Notes: a model not told the origin generated them from the letters alone. A stretch of DNA of 63,552 bases, filler included, from Octopus bimaculoides (GCF_001194135.2; 5 parts of 4 records of this genome joined end to end with filler, not necessarily neighbours in it); one strand, 5' to 3'; positions 1 through 12,670 are shown, counted from the first letter of the whole stretch. Translations and numbers: made by a program.

Positions 1-39
1 ACACACACACAATCTGCTACGACTTTTGAACGTTTTGAA

Positions 40-185
40 CTTTCTCTTATTACTTTCTGCTGAAGAGCGTAGGCTCGAAATGTAAAAGATTTTTTCCATT
101 TTTCCCGAGCGTCAAACTAATACACTTGCTTGTTGTTCCTACACCTCTCTTCGTCTTTTTCTTTACTATAAATTTCAAATATATA
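40..185 (+). mobile_element. Penelope-like element terminal fragment (putative)
   Basis: Contains tgaagagcgtaggctcgaaa...gagcgtcaaactaata. A related copy lies at 49790-49915 (gacgaagagcaatgctcgaaac...aagcgtcaagctaata). The TGAAGA-N-GAAAC pattern resembles Penelope pseudo-LTR ends (from memory). Confidence 0.4.
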
Positions 186-196
186 TATATATATAT

Positions 197-240
<44 letters not shown>

Positions 241-257
241 ATAGACAGATATACACA

Positions 258-290
<33 letters not shown>

Positions 291-729
291 TCATGCTTGC
301 ATACAGGATGCGCAAAAGAACTGGGGGTAGGCTGATAGAAAGCGAAATAGATATCTTCAGATATTAAATGCATAGACATAGAAATATCTGTATGCGCATA
401 TTACTGTATATTATTCATGTACGGGCATACGCTCGTGTATATTTTTATATGTGTTTATGGAGGAAGAACTATGTATATGTGTGTGCAAGCGTGTACATCT
501 CTCTGTGAATACGATCTCTGTTTTGTGGAAGTTACTTTCATGCGAGACTCAGCGATTCAAGTTCAACTTGTTTTTTGAGTCACTTCACTTGATTGAGCAC
601 AAATAATTGATTGTCTTGACACAGGTCAACACCGATAGAAATATAATCTCTAGCTCAATGAATTTATCGTGGAAGTCTCTGGGAAAGATGACCTTTCGAG
701 GAGCGAAGAAACGGATAGTTTTACAAGAA

Positions 730-1071
730 TGTGAGCGAGAGAGATTGAAAGACAGAGAGAGAGAGGAGAGAAAGAGGGAGAGAGAGAAAGAGACAGACAG
801 AGAAAGAAAGAGATAGTAAAAGCGAGATAAAAAGGGAGAGAGAAGAGAAAGCGCGCGTGTGAGAGAGACAGAAAGAGAGAGAAAGAAAGAGAGAAAAGAG
901 GGCAAGAGAAAGGGAATATGAAAGAGAGAGAAAGAGAAAGCGAGAGAGAGAGAGAGAAAGAGAGAGAGAGTGGGAAAGAGAAAGTGAGATAAAATGCGAG
1001 AGAGAGAAATGGCAAGAGAGAAAGGGGGAGAGAGAATATGAGAATGTAGAAAAAGCGAGAAAGACACAAAC

Positions 1072-1112
<41 letters not shown>

Positions 1113-1206
1113 GAGGAAGCAATATAGAGAACACAAGAGAGAGAGAGAGAGAGAGAGAATGCTAGAGAAGAAGAGAGAAAGCGACCGACAGTAAATGCAA
1201 GCGCGC

Positions 1207-1254
<48 letters not shown>

Positions 1255-1290
1255 ACGGGGAGAAAGCGAGATAAAGAGACAAGTGGAGTA
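730..1290. repeat. Compound (GA)n/(GACA)n purine-rich microsatellite field
   Basis: Directly visible. It accounts for all the long poly-SL/RE ORFs in this interval. Confidence 0.95.
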
Positions 1291-1724
1291 CGAAAATGTG
1301 GTAGGCATAGACAAGCGGTTAAGAATATCGTTACATGAATCTCGTTGACGCATGTTCGATCTCCAAGTCGGCGTCTGAAAGCTTACCTTCCAGTATTTGC
1401 TGCAGCACTTTACTTTCTTATTTCCAATTCACGTTGATTTCTATTTCTCCAAGGCTGAAAAAATAAATTACCAATCTAGTACTGGAGGGTGACTAGGCTA
1501 CTATTTCCGGAACCACCGTCGTTGTCTCGTTATCTTTAAAGTTCTTCATCCATACAGGATGTTTAAAACGTCTCTCCGCAGTAAGTATTTTATTGCAAAA
1601 TAAATATTTATAAGATAGTATTAGACTACAAAAGAATATATTAGACTTTACAAGACTTGAAAAAACTATGCATATATATATATGTATGTATATACCCTTT
1701 TATTCTTTTGCTCATCTCACGCAG

Positions 1725-1961
1725 TGCTATCATTCCCATGCTGTAACGCATGATCGACTGCAAGACATTTAAAGTGAAGAACGAAATGTGGATTACGACA
1801 ATAATATCTTACAGAAAACCACGAAGTTGGTGGCCGGTGTCTGGTGATTTCACTCAACGACAGTCTTGAGTGCTCCGTTTGTTTCCTCACAAATATTGTC
1901 TGATAACAGGCATTTCGTATGTACCCGCCAGACACTGCCCAACCTTGTGGGTGGGGCTTTG
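1725..1961 (+). other. Candidate exon (mostly non-coding or 5'UTR)
   Basis: Acceptor ccctttt...ctcatctcacgcag| and donor TTTG|gtaagt. All three frames hit stops early. A late ATG at 1919 reads MYPPDTAQPCGWGF and ends in phase 1. Confidence 0.35.
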
Positions 1962-2585
1962 GTAAGTAGAAAGATATTACCTCTGCAGGAATTACATTTC
2001 AAAAATCAAGATGCCTCCTGCACGTTTCTGCATCTATGATGCCGCAAAATATGGTATTGTAATTTCTATTATATTTAGCGATATTTGCAAACTTCTTGAT
2101 TAGTCTCCCTTTGTATCGCGGTGAAAGAAGAGGATAAAGTTATTCTGCATAGCATTGTTACGTTACCAACAAGATTTTGGACATACATGCACTGCAGTTT
2201 CACGTAGACCGATAATGCACCTACAACACCAAGCCATTACTATACATTTTATCTATGACAAAAAAAAAAAACCAAAGGCATATAAAAACGCTTATGAAAT
2301 AATTATCTTATAAAGGATACCCCACGCCATCGCATATCAAAACAGAACACAAAGCATGAAATGAAAAAGAAATAGCCATGGAAAACCAACATCTGTGGTT
2401 GTAAAACTATGTCTGTTAAACTCGAAGCGATAGCGAATTTGATTCAGACAAAACAGCGTCAGTATAATCACTTCATCGGAAAGATAAGACTGAAGGAGTT
2501 AAGCCGTTTTATTGTTCCCCAAAACAACATGAACGATTAATATATAAGTTTGATAATACATTGCGATGCACAAAACAAACACACA

Positions 2586-2630
<45 letters not shown>

Positions 2631-3766
2631 GTATGTGTATGTATAGGCATATGGTATATGTTTATGCTATTTTAAAAGGCATTGTGCGCACTAATACACA
2701 CACGGTGCCGCCAATACAAGCTGTACTGATAATGCTCTTGGAAAAGATATGAGCATTTTTTTATATTTTACAACTGGTTGTCTGAAATAGATATTACTTT
2801 CCACTATGTGCAGGCTTTTAGTCTCGTAACAAGGAAGTTAGACATCAGCATACATACATACATACATACATACATACATTCATACATACTGTAATACGTG
2901 CATACATACATATATACATATGTATATACACACTCACATATACTTTTGCTTCTGTATATGTATGAATACAAGTACATTTAAATATCTATGTATATAAAAT
3001 GTTATACTATATAATATATATATATATATACGTATGTATGTTTATGCATATATGTGATCTACATTTCAACATGTGGCGTAGAGTGGAAACCAGTTGCCAG
3101 GAATGCGTTTAATATGCAAATTTGTATATCCAGAAGTGTTACACCGCTAAAGTTAGTGGGTATTTAAGCAATGCGTTCGTGCATAGTAGCTGGGTTGGAT
3201 ATGTTGCTGATGTGAGGGCAATAACTCTCGAAATATGTATGTACATCTATTACCAAATTTTTCCTATCTTCCATGCCATTGTCTACTTAATAACTCGCAG
3301 TGCTGATTGGGTACTCTACAGAAAATCTACAGCGATAAACTTTAAAATGAAACCAACAGAGAGCTAACACAAAAGGAAGAAACATTTCTGACTTGTAAAC
3401 TTTTAATATAGATGGTGGTATATAATAGTTGCGAAACGAAATACTCTTTCACTTGAAAATTTTTAGGTCTCTGTGTAGCGCAATGTTAAAGGCGTTAGTT
3501 AAGTTACCTTGACCTATTCAACATAATTCTCGGTTTTAGTGAAAAGAAATAAAGAAATCAAATATATACAAATGCGGGTACCTGGGTGCACAGCTTAGTG
3601 ATGTTTTGTTTGGGTGCTTGAGATTTGTACGCGTCTGAATGTCATTGTACGGGTGATGCATAGTTAGTGGATTTGCAACGACGAATAGAGATTACAAAAA
3701 TGACTGTGTTTACCAGGGGACTTGTCACGGTATTTAGAACAATATGTATGTGTGTGTATGTGTGTG

Positions 3767-3831
<65 letters not shown>

Positions 3832-4948
3832 ATGTATATGTGTATATATATATATGCATGCATGGATATATACATGTGTGTATACAATGAAATATTTGCA
3901 TGTATATATACATTTATATATTTAGTATGTATATATATATTTGTGTGTGTACATGCTTATATATACGTAAATGTATTAATCAATCTCTCTCTCCCTCTCT
4001 ACCTCTCTCTCTCTCCCTCTCTCTCTCTCTCTCACTTTCTACCTCTCTCTCTCTCTCTCTCTCTCTTTATATATATATATATATATATATGTATATANNN
4101 NNNNNNNNNNNNNNNNNNNNNNNNNNNNNNNNNNNNNNNNNNNNNNNNNNNNNNNNNNNNNNNNNNNNNNNNNNNNNNNNNNNNNNNNNNNNNNNNNNNN
4201 NNNNNNNNNNNNNNNNNNNNNNNNNNNNNNNNNNNNNNNNNNNNNNNNNNNNNNNNNNNNNNNNNNNNNNNNNNNNNNNNNNNNNNNNNNNNNNNNNNNN
4301 NNNNNNNNNNNNNNNNNNNNNNNNNNNNNNNNNNNNNNNNNNNNNNNNNNNNNNNNNNNNNNNNNNNNNNNNNNNNNNNNNNNNNNNNNNNNNNNNNNNN
4401 NNNNNNNNNNNNNNNNNNNNNNNNNNNNNNNNNNNNNNNNNNNNNNNNNNNNNNNNNNNNNNNNNNNNNNNNNNNNNNNNNNNNNNNNNNNNNNNNNNNN
4501 NNNNNNNNNNNNNNNNNNNNNNNNNNNNNNNNNNNNNNNNNNNNNNNNNNNNNNNNNNNNNNNNNNNNNNNNNNNNNNNNNNNNNNNNNNNNNNNNNNNN
4601 NNNNNNNNNNNNNNNNNNNNNNNNNNNNNNNNNNNNNNNNNNNNNNNNNNNNNNNNNNNNNNNNNNNNNNNNNNNNNNNNNNNNNNNNNNNNNNNNNNNN
4701 NNNNNNNNNNNNNNNNNNNNNNNNNNNNNNNNNNNNNNNNNNNNNNNNNTATATATTTGTTGTACACACACACACACAAGCGTGTGTCTGCCTACGTTTG
4801 TGTACTTGCACACATGTCAGGGCGTCCACATTACACCGATGTTCGTTTTCTCAATAAACCTGTCGTTCAACTCAATACAATTATTTCAATTCATTTTATA
4901 CAAACTCTAAAATCTCTCTAAGAAAAGAATTCTATATTTATTTTTCAG

Positions 4949-5043
4949 ATGCCTCAGTACAACAATGTCTGCTCTCTCTAGCTTTCACTTTTTCTCTTCC
5001 CGCCAAGAAATGCTATTATAATACAATACACTTTATCGGAAAG
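4949..5043 (+). other. Candidate 95-nt internal exon
   Basis: Acceptor tatttatttttcag| and donor AAG|gtaagc. One open frame, phase 1 to 0: xASVQQCLLSLAFTFSLPAKKCYYNTIHFIGK. No recognised homology. Confidence 0.4.
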
Positions 5044-5202
5044 GTAAGCGTCTACCTAGATATGTCTGTTTGTCCTTCTGTTTATCTATCAATCTATCGC
5101 TATATCATTTTATTATTTATGTAAGCATCTAGGTATCTCTTTCGTTTTTAGTCTGTCAAACTGTCTTTCTGTCATCTCACCCTCTTTCTCTATGTATGTG
5201 GA

Positions 5203-5269
<67 letters not shown>

Positions 5270-6858
5270 GCATATGTGTGTGTGTTTATAGAGATAGATA
5301 AATATATTTATATGTATATATACACATATGTATAAAAGCACACACACATATGTACACACACATGAAGTACGTGACTTTGTGCAAGTTTTACGTTTTTATC
5401 TTACATTTTTTTTATATTAACTTCTCAGCTTTTTATTTTCAATTTGAAATGAGGGATTACTGAGTCCAAATCCGACAATTTTGAACCTCTACAGTCTTAT
5501 TTTCAAGAACTGAATTGAATAGATTTGGCGTCCGTATCATTTCTTACACACTGATCGTAGGTCATTTTATTTCACAATTGGTTAACCTTTTAACCAATTA
5601 ACTAATCGATTATTTGTTTAATCGTTCGGTCAATCAATCAATCAATTAATGAGCTAGATTTGTCAAACGCCTTTCGTTGTCATTCGTAATCTTTCCATTC
5701 CGGTTCTAATGAGGCCATGTCCTTGATGAGGTCACGAACGACGATAAAGAGGCTTTGACAAACCCAATTGATCGAGTGAACGATCTATTAACTAAAGAAT
5801 TGATTAGTTAATTGTTTCAACTGATTAACTAAATGACAAATAGAAATATAGAAGTGAAACACATCCAGTGCGCGTGTTTATATTTGGTCCAATGATCGTT
5901 CCGAAATACACTAAGTGAAATACATTTCTCTTTGAATAAAGCAACAAGAAGCATTGTAAGATGATCTACAAACAGTTACTAAGCTAAGAGGGTTATAAAT
6001 TCATTTGCGATTACAAACCCAGATAATCCGGTTCAAGTTACTAACAAATGAAAGATAAGCTTCCATTGAGATAAATAAAAAGTCTTTTCGAAATGGTAGC
6101 ACTTACTATCAATGAAAGATGTAATACCAGTGTTTCCAAGTGATATTGGCCCCAATTACTGGGAGATATGAAACTCACCGATCTTTGGAAAGAAATCAAA
6201 CCCATCTCAAGAAAAACTCAATTTCTCTTGAGATGAGAGATACATTTAGACAAGCTGGGAGTTCTCGCAGGAAATAGTTCCAAATGGAATGGTTCCGATT
6301 ACTAAGAAATATGACAATCAATGTTCATGAATAGGATTCCAGTCAAGCTCAGAAAATATTCTCAGTTAAAAGGACAGTAATTACAGATAAATAATATAAC
6401 GCCACCTGGATGGGAGACCAGATTATCTTAGGCAGCACTCCCAGATAATCGGGTAACTTTTCTCAGTTACTAAAGAAATTGGTGTTGAGTAAATTAAAGT
6501 GATCTGTCGAGAAGCACCACAATGTTCTTGAGGAAGAAATGAAAGCATGCTCTGTGCGAATCAGGGTTGCGATAACATTCCAGTAATGTAATGGCATCCA
6601 GACGGAATCAAATATCGCGGAGCCAATTTGAAATATGGAGTCTTAAGCTTACAATGCAGAGTTGAAGATTTACTGAGAATTATATAACTTTACCGTTGAA
6701 ATTCATATCATTTAGGCAACTTGAGCAATATTATATCGTTAGTTATGAATAATATCAAATGACGTAAGAGACTGATTATAAAATGTGTGAATATATTTCT
6801 GGGTATCTATGCATTCATGTGTTGCCATGGGTCTGCATGCAACGGTTTGTATTAGTGC

Positions 6859-6906
<48 letters not shown>

Positions 6907-6990
6907 GTGTGTCTGTATGTCTGTCTGTCTGTCTATCTATATCTGTCTATTTATCTGCATGCACACACATGCACATATTTATGAATATTC

Positions 6991-7052
<62 letters not shown>

Positions 7053-7081
7053 TTATGTATATGTATGTATATATATGCATC

Positions 7082-7123
<42 letters not shown>

Positions 7124-8132
7124 CGCATATATATGTATGTATATATATGTATATATATATATGTGTGTGCATGTTATACTGTGCGTTTTTTTTTTTGCGC
7201 GTATACGTTATTTGTCCGTGTGACCGGGGTGACGTATCTCTGTGCCTCTGATCGTTTCTCATCATCGGCGCAAAACTCTGGCGTGTCATCCCTTCTCTTA
7301 CAACATGACACACGTCAGTCAAATAGCTGAGTCCATGATGCGATGAAGACCTCAACTTCTCTCGCCTAATTACCTCCTACCAAGCTTTATGTTTCAGATC
7401 CACTTCATTAACACTCTTAATTGCATTACAATTCTCACCTAATCATTCCCTTCCAATCCAACGTACAGATCTAATTACAATCGCCTAATGCCGCTTAATT
7501 GCAATGCCATCATTCTTTGCTCCGGCTTTGCCAACGAATATATTTTTCTTTTAACGCCCGCTGCACAGCTTTACCATTCGTTGCTTGAACTAAGATGATA
7601 AATCTTATGTAATTCGAACTCCCTCCTGTATTTATCGATTTTGAAACTTTAATGTAATGGCGGTTTCGTTGCTGTGGTCGAATCCATTTCCTATAAATTT
7701 TCTTGTAGTTGTTGTCGCTGCCTCCATTGTTATTTGTTGCTACCGTTGTTTGTTCGGGTAGATCCCGATTACATTAGCAAAGCAAGACGAAGCGAAGCAA
7801 AACGAAGGAAAGCAAAGTAAAGCGAGGTCGCCATTATCGATTGATTGTGTTAGGCGATTCGAATGCGTGCGCGCCTATCCGACTCCACCGCCGGCCGGAG
7901 ATATGGTTGAGGGTTTTGGACGTGAGCACGAGAATACTGTTTCTGTTTACTAATAGATGTAATTGTAGGTTAGGTTAGGTGTTGGGCTCTCGTCCGAACA
8001 GGCGTGAGCTCATGTATCACCACACGAACTAAAAATTTTAAAGATTTTGTACAAGGAAGGAATTCCCAACGTGCTGAAGTTACCGCAACAGAAAATAGAA
8101 AACTCACAGGAGGAAAAATGAACACAAACGTA

Positions 8133-8167
<35 letters not shown>

Positions 8168-8513
8168 GTTTGCGTATATATATATANNNNNNNNNNNNNN
8201 NNNNNNNNNNNNNNNNNNNNNNNNNNNNNNNNNNNNNNNNNNNNNNNNNNNNNNNNNNNNNNNNNNNNNNNNNNNNNNNNNNNNNNNNNNNNNNNNNNNN
8301 NNNNNNNNNNNNNNNNNNNNNNNNNNNNNNNNNNNNNNNNNNNNNNNNNNNNNNNNNNNNNNNNNNNNNNNNNNNNNNNNNNNNNNNNNNNNNNNNNNNN
8401 NNNNNNNNNNNNNNNNNNNNNNNNNNNNNNNNNNNNNNNNNNNNNNNNNNNNNNNNNNNNNNNNNNNNNNNNNNNNNNNNNNNNNNNNNNNNNNNNNNNN
8501 NNNNNNNNNNNNN

Positions 8514-8560
<47 letters not shown>

Positions 8561-8565
<5 letters not shown>

Positions 8566-8683
8566 GGAATCTTGGGGTTAGTAGCCCGCGCTCTTAACCA
8601 CCACGCCATATGCCCGTGGGTGAAGTGGTTAAGAGCGCAGGGTACTAACCCCAAGATTCCGAGTTCGATTCCACGCAGTGAAG

Positions 8684-8727
<44 letters not shown>
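8561..8727. mobile_element. Palindromic (head-to-head) tRNA-derived SINE-like element with (AAT)n tails
   Basis: 8561-8608 is the near-perfect reverse complement of 8617-8665. The arms carry A-box-like tggcgtggtgg; the right arm has a B-box GAGTTCGATTCC. Flanked by (TTA)n on the left and (AAT)n on the right. Confidence 0.8.
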
Positions 8728-8728
<1 letters not shown>

Positions 8729-9574
8729 GTGGTGATGATAATGATGATGACTATGATGGTGATGATGATGATGATTGCCACAGCAATCTCAGTTGAAAGA
8801 GATATTAGGAGGACAGTTTACAAATCTATCAGGAGGGTTTACATAAAAGTCGGGACCGAAAACGGTGGTAAGCGAAATGACATAAAAATACTCATCACAG
8901 ATGCAGGAGAATATTTCCAACAACTGTGACCAAACAAGGAACCCTACGGTTCCAGGAGAACCTTACCCACCAAAGTTATGAGATCTCCTCAGCTAGTTGT
9001 TGTTCCCTAATCTAGAAGGTTGTTGCTTAGAGTGAGTCTAGTGACTGTAGCCCACCTTTTTCTCAAATTCATTCTGAAACAAGCCCTTCCTCTCCAACCT
9101 CGGTTTTCTTTCCAAGCGGAACTTGCGAAAATCGATGAGGGCTTGACCGACGGATTCTAATGTTGATTCATCGCCACGCAATTTACAGATCAATACATTG
9201 GATTCAATTGCATGCAAATCATGACTCGAGATTTATTTTATCGATCTCGGAAATATGACACATATGAAAGACAGTAAAGGATTGAAACTCAATGCTAAAA
9301 ATATCTAATTTATATTTTATGAGGCAGTAAACGCCTATTAAAATTCGCTCCGATTCACTGCGATCTGAGTTCAGAGCACGCTGATGTCAGCTTTGCCTTC
9401 TATCATTATGTCTTTAATTTCTAGGGTTGGTATTCGAGTTTCGATTTGCGCAATTTTGAGAGCGTAGGACGAAATAATTTTGGTGGGTATCTCATTCAGA
9501 ATCGTTGCATTTTGAGTTGAAATTTTGCGTTGGTAACAATCGTCAGAGATAGACACCTAGCAACGGGAACGTAC

Positions 9575-9667
9575 CTCCACAGCTGGCCACCATGGACATG
9601 TGGGATGACACTCAGTATAGGAGAACCAACATCAGCAGCGGAACGAAAACCGTTGAATGGAATGGGA
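9575..9667 (-). other. Candidate 93-nt symmetric (phase 2-2) coding exon
   Basis: Minus-strand acceptor tttttcttatacttttag| and donor GAG|gtacgt. One open frame: PIPFNGFRSAADVGSPILSVIPHVHGGQLW. Product not recognised. Confidence 0.4.
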
Positions 9668-9750
9668 CTAAAAGTATAAGAAAAATGTAGTTACCTTCTG
9701 GAATCAGAACCACTCATAAGGAGCAGCTTCCCGGTTTCCTGACACATATG

Positions 9751-10022
9751 CTCGAATCCCTAGCCATATCACGATTCACCTATCACGGTTCACCTATCGC
9801 GGTTCACCTATCGCGGTTCACCTATCGCGGTTCACCTATCGTGGTTTATTACTTTAGCTTACGCCGATTCCTCTGTGGTGTTGTTTTGTATTTATAATAA
9901 AATAAATATATACAAATTATAAAAATAGTAAAAAAATATACACTACTGTTTCTACTTCGCGGATTTTCACCTGTCGCAGGAGGTTTTGGAACGTAACACC
10001 AGCGATAGTCGAGGGATTATTG
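9751..10022 (-). mobile_element. pogo/Tigger-like MITE
   Basis: Reverse-complement homologue of 52856-53084. Right end gcgatagtcgagggattattg is followed by TA. The left subterminal 14-mer is tandemly expanded five times. Confidence 0.8.
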
Positions 10023-10393
10023 TATTCCCCACCTGGATGGGACGCTGGTCCGTCGCAGCATCACTCATTTTTGTCAGCTGAGTGGACTGGAGCAACGTGA
10101 AATGAAGTGTGGTAATGAGGTGACTGGAACAACGTGAAATGAAGAACAGTACGTGTTGCACCGTTCAGGAGAGAGGGAGAAGCGATTTTATACCAGGGAC
10201 GAGTTGAGGTGTCTTCCTACAGAGAACATACATGTCTAATGCACATCGCACTAGCTTATATATCATTATACGAGTGTATTGTGTGTTTATAGCCATATAT
10301 ACTTGGATGCAGCTATGTGTGTATATGAATAAATATATATCTATATATAAATAAATACACAAATGTATATGTATATATATGTATGTATATATG

Positions 10394-10463
<70 letters not shown>

Positions 10464-10473
10464 NNNNNNNNNN

Positions 10474-10541
<68 letters not shown>

Positions 10542-10828
10542 GACGCACACAAAAAATACACACACATGGACACCACACACATATATATGCAAGTACAAGC
10601 TCACATGCTTATGCGCATATACGTATATAATGAGTTGTATTCGAAACATAAGACGGTGGTAGATAGATAGATAGACAGATAGATATATAGATAGATAGAT
10701 AGAAGGAGAGAAACAGAGAGGGAGGGAGAGAAATAGAGAAAAAAGAGATAGATAAAGAGAGAGAGAGAGAGGGGGGAGAGCAGGAGATGTCCAGTGACTC
10801 TTATCGGAATGTTTACGGAAGCACATAC

Positions 10829-10944
10829 GTGCATAAATTTGCCCTTCGTGAAGAAAATAGGGAAAATTTCTGTTGGAAGACTTTCCTTTGAAGTGCTTCA
10901 AATTAACAATGTCATTTGACAATATGTCGCCTATGCTGCTATGT
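10829..10944 (-). other. Weak candidate exon (116 nt)
   Basis: ttcttccttag| ... CAC|gtatgt. Open frame HSSIGDILSNDIVNLKHFKGKSSNRNFPYFLHEGQIYA. Its phase does not join the open frame of 9575-9667. Confidence 0.2.
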
Positions 10945-11265
10945 CTAAGGAAGAATCCTCTATTTAATAACTAGTCTAATGGAATGGCTTTTCTGATTAG
11001 CTGGGCGGAAAAACGAAGAATTGGATTAATTATCTGCCTCGGAAATATACCTTCATTAATATAGTCTCAGATAATCTTAGTCATATCTGTAACATATATA
11101 ATCGAATTATATCAGTGAACGGTTGCTAACCAGCGATGCGGGGAAGTTCTCAGTGTGTATGTGCGTGTGTATGTGTGTGTGTGTGTATATAGGTATGTGT
11201 CTAAATTTATAAATCTGCATGTGCATACACACACAAAGACACTCACATATATGTATATGTATGTG

Positions 11266-11325
<60 letters not shown>

Positions 11326-12639
11326 AACATACATACATACACACACATGCACACACACACACACACACACACATGCGTCGACACACACCTACACAAATGC
11401 ATGTATGTATAACCCAGCTTTACAAAACGAGATCCCCATTCTATCACCACCAGGCACATAAATAACAGAAACTGTAAATTTTATGTTAACGGAATTTGCC
11501 GACCTAGTATTCTCATAACGCAAATTTAATTTGCTGGCATGGCATTTATCGACCTCCGGACGTAGCTTCACACTAGAGTAGCTTCGAGAAATCTCTCAAG
11601 CAGATCTAAAATTCTTACCAACTTTTGGAATCTCATGCTAACGCCATGTTAAACGCTGGCTTAGATTTCTACTCTAACCGAATGCCTGAAGGTTCCATGA
11701 AGCAATGGGTTATCCTTCCCAGCTGTTCCAAATAGAGAATCAAATATTTTCGTCGAATCGTACAAGATGTTTTGTCTAGTATGTATAACTTGTTTCAGTC
11801 TAATGACTTGCAACCATGCTTGTTTTTGTTTTTCTTTTCTTTATGCCTGTTACTTAATCTATCGGTTACTATTGTCGAACCACTAAGTTACAGTGACAGA
11901 AAAACACCATCACCAGTTGTTTAGGGACAAACATAGAGACGAACACACAACACACACACTCACACATGCGTGTGTGTACGTATATATATNNNNNNNNNNN
12001 NNNNNNNNNNNNNNNNNNNNNNNNNNNNNNNNNNNNNNNNNNNNNNNNNNNNNNNNNNNNNNNNNNNNNNNNNNNNNNNNNNNNNNNNNNNNNNNNNNNN
12101 NNNNNNNNNNNNNNNNNNNNNNNNNNNNNNNNNNNNNNNNNNNNNNNNNNNNNNNNNNNNNNNNNNNNNNNNNNNNNNNNNNNNNNNNNNNNNNNNNNNN
12201 NNNNNNNNNNNNNNNNNNNNNNNNNNNNNNNNNNNNNNNNNNNNNNNNNNNNNNNNNNNNNNNNNNNNNNNNNNNNNNNNNNNNNNNNNNNNNNNNNNNN
12301 NNNNNNNNNNNNNNNNNNNNNNNNNNNNNNNNNNNNNNNNNNNNNNNNNNNNNNNNNNNNNNNNNNNNNNNNNNNNNNNNNNNNNNNNNNNNNNNNNNNN
12401 NNNNNNNNNNNNNNNNNNNNNNNNNNNNNNNNNNNNNNNNNNNNNNNNNNNNNNNNNNNNNNNNNNNNNNNNNNNNNNNNNNNNNNNNNNNNNNNNNNNN
12501 NNNNNNNNNNNNNNNNNNNNNNNNNNNNNNNNNNNNNNNNNNNNNNNNNNNNNNNNNNNNNNNNNNNNNNNNNNNNNNNNNNNNNNNNNNNNNNNNNNNN
12601 NNNNNNNNNNNNNNNNNNNNNNNNNNNNNNNNNNNNNNN

Positions 12640-12670
<31 letters not shown>

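Noticed and set aside
1387-1454. Minus-strand exon-like segment (ttttttcag| ... AAG|gtaagc)
   Set aside because: Stops in all three frames and no linked exon. It could only be non-coding, and this cannot be supported here.
6179-6301. Minus-strand exon-like segment with a gtgagt donor
   Set aside because: Closed in all frames.
6405-6420. 5S rRNA-like word cctggatgggagacc
   Set aside because: Only about 15 nt match, and the rest of 5S is absent.
9775-9844. CRISPR-like regular repeats (also 61190-61420 and 17830-17876)
   Set aside because: They are head-to-tail tandem units without unique spacers, there are no cas genes, and the context is eukaryotic.
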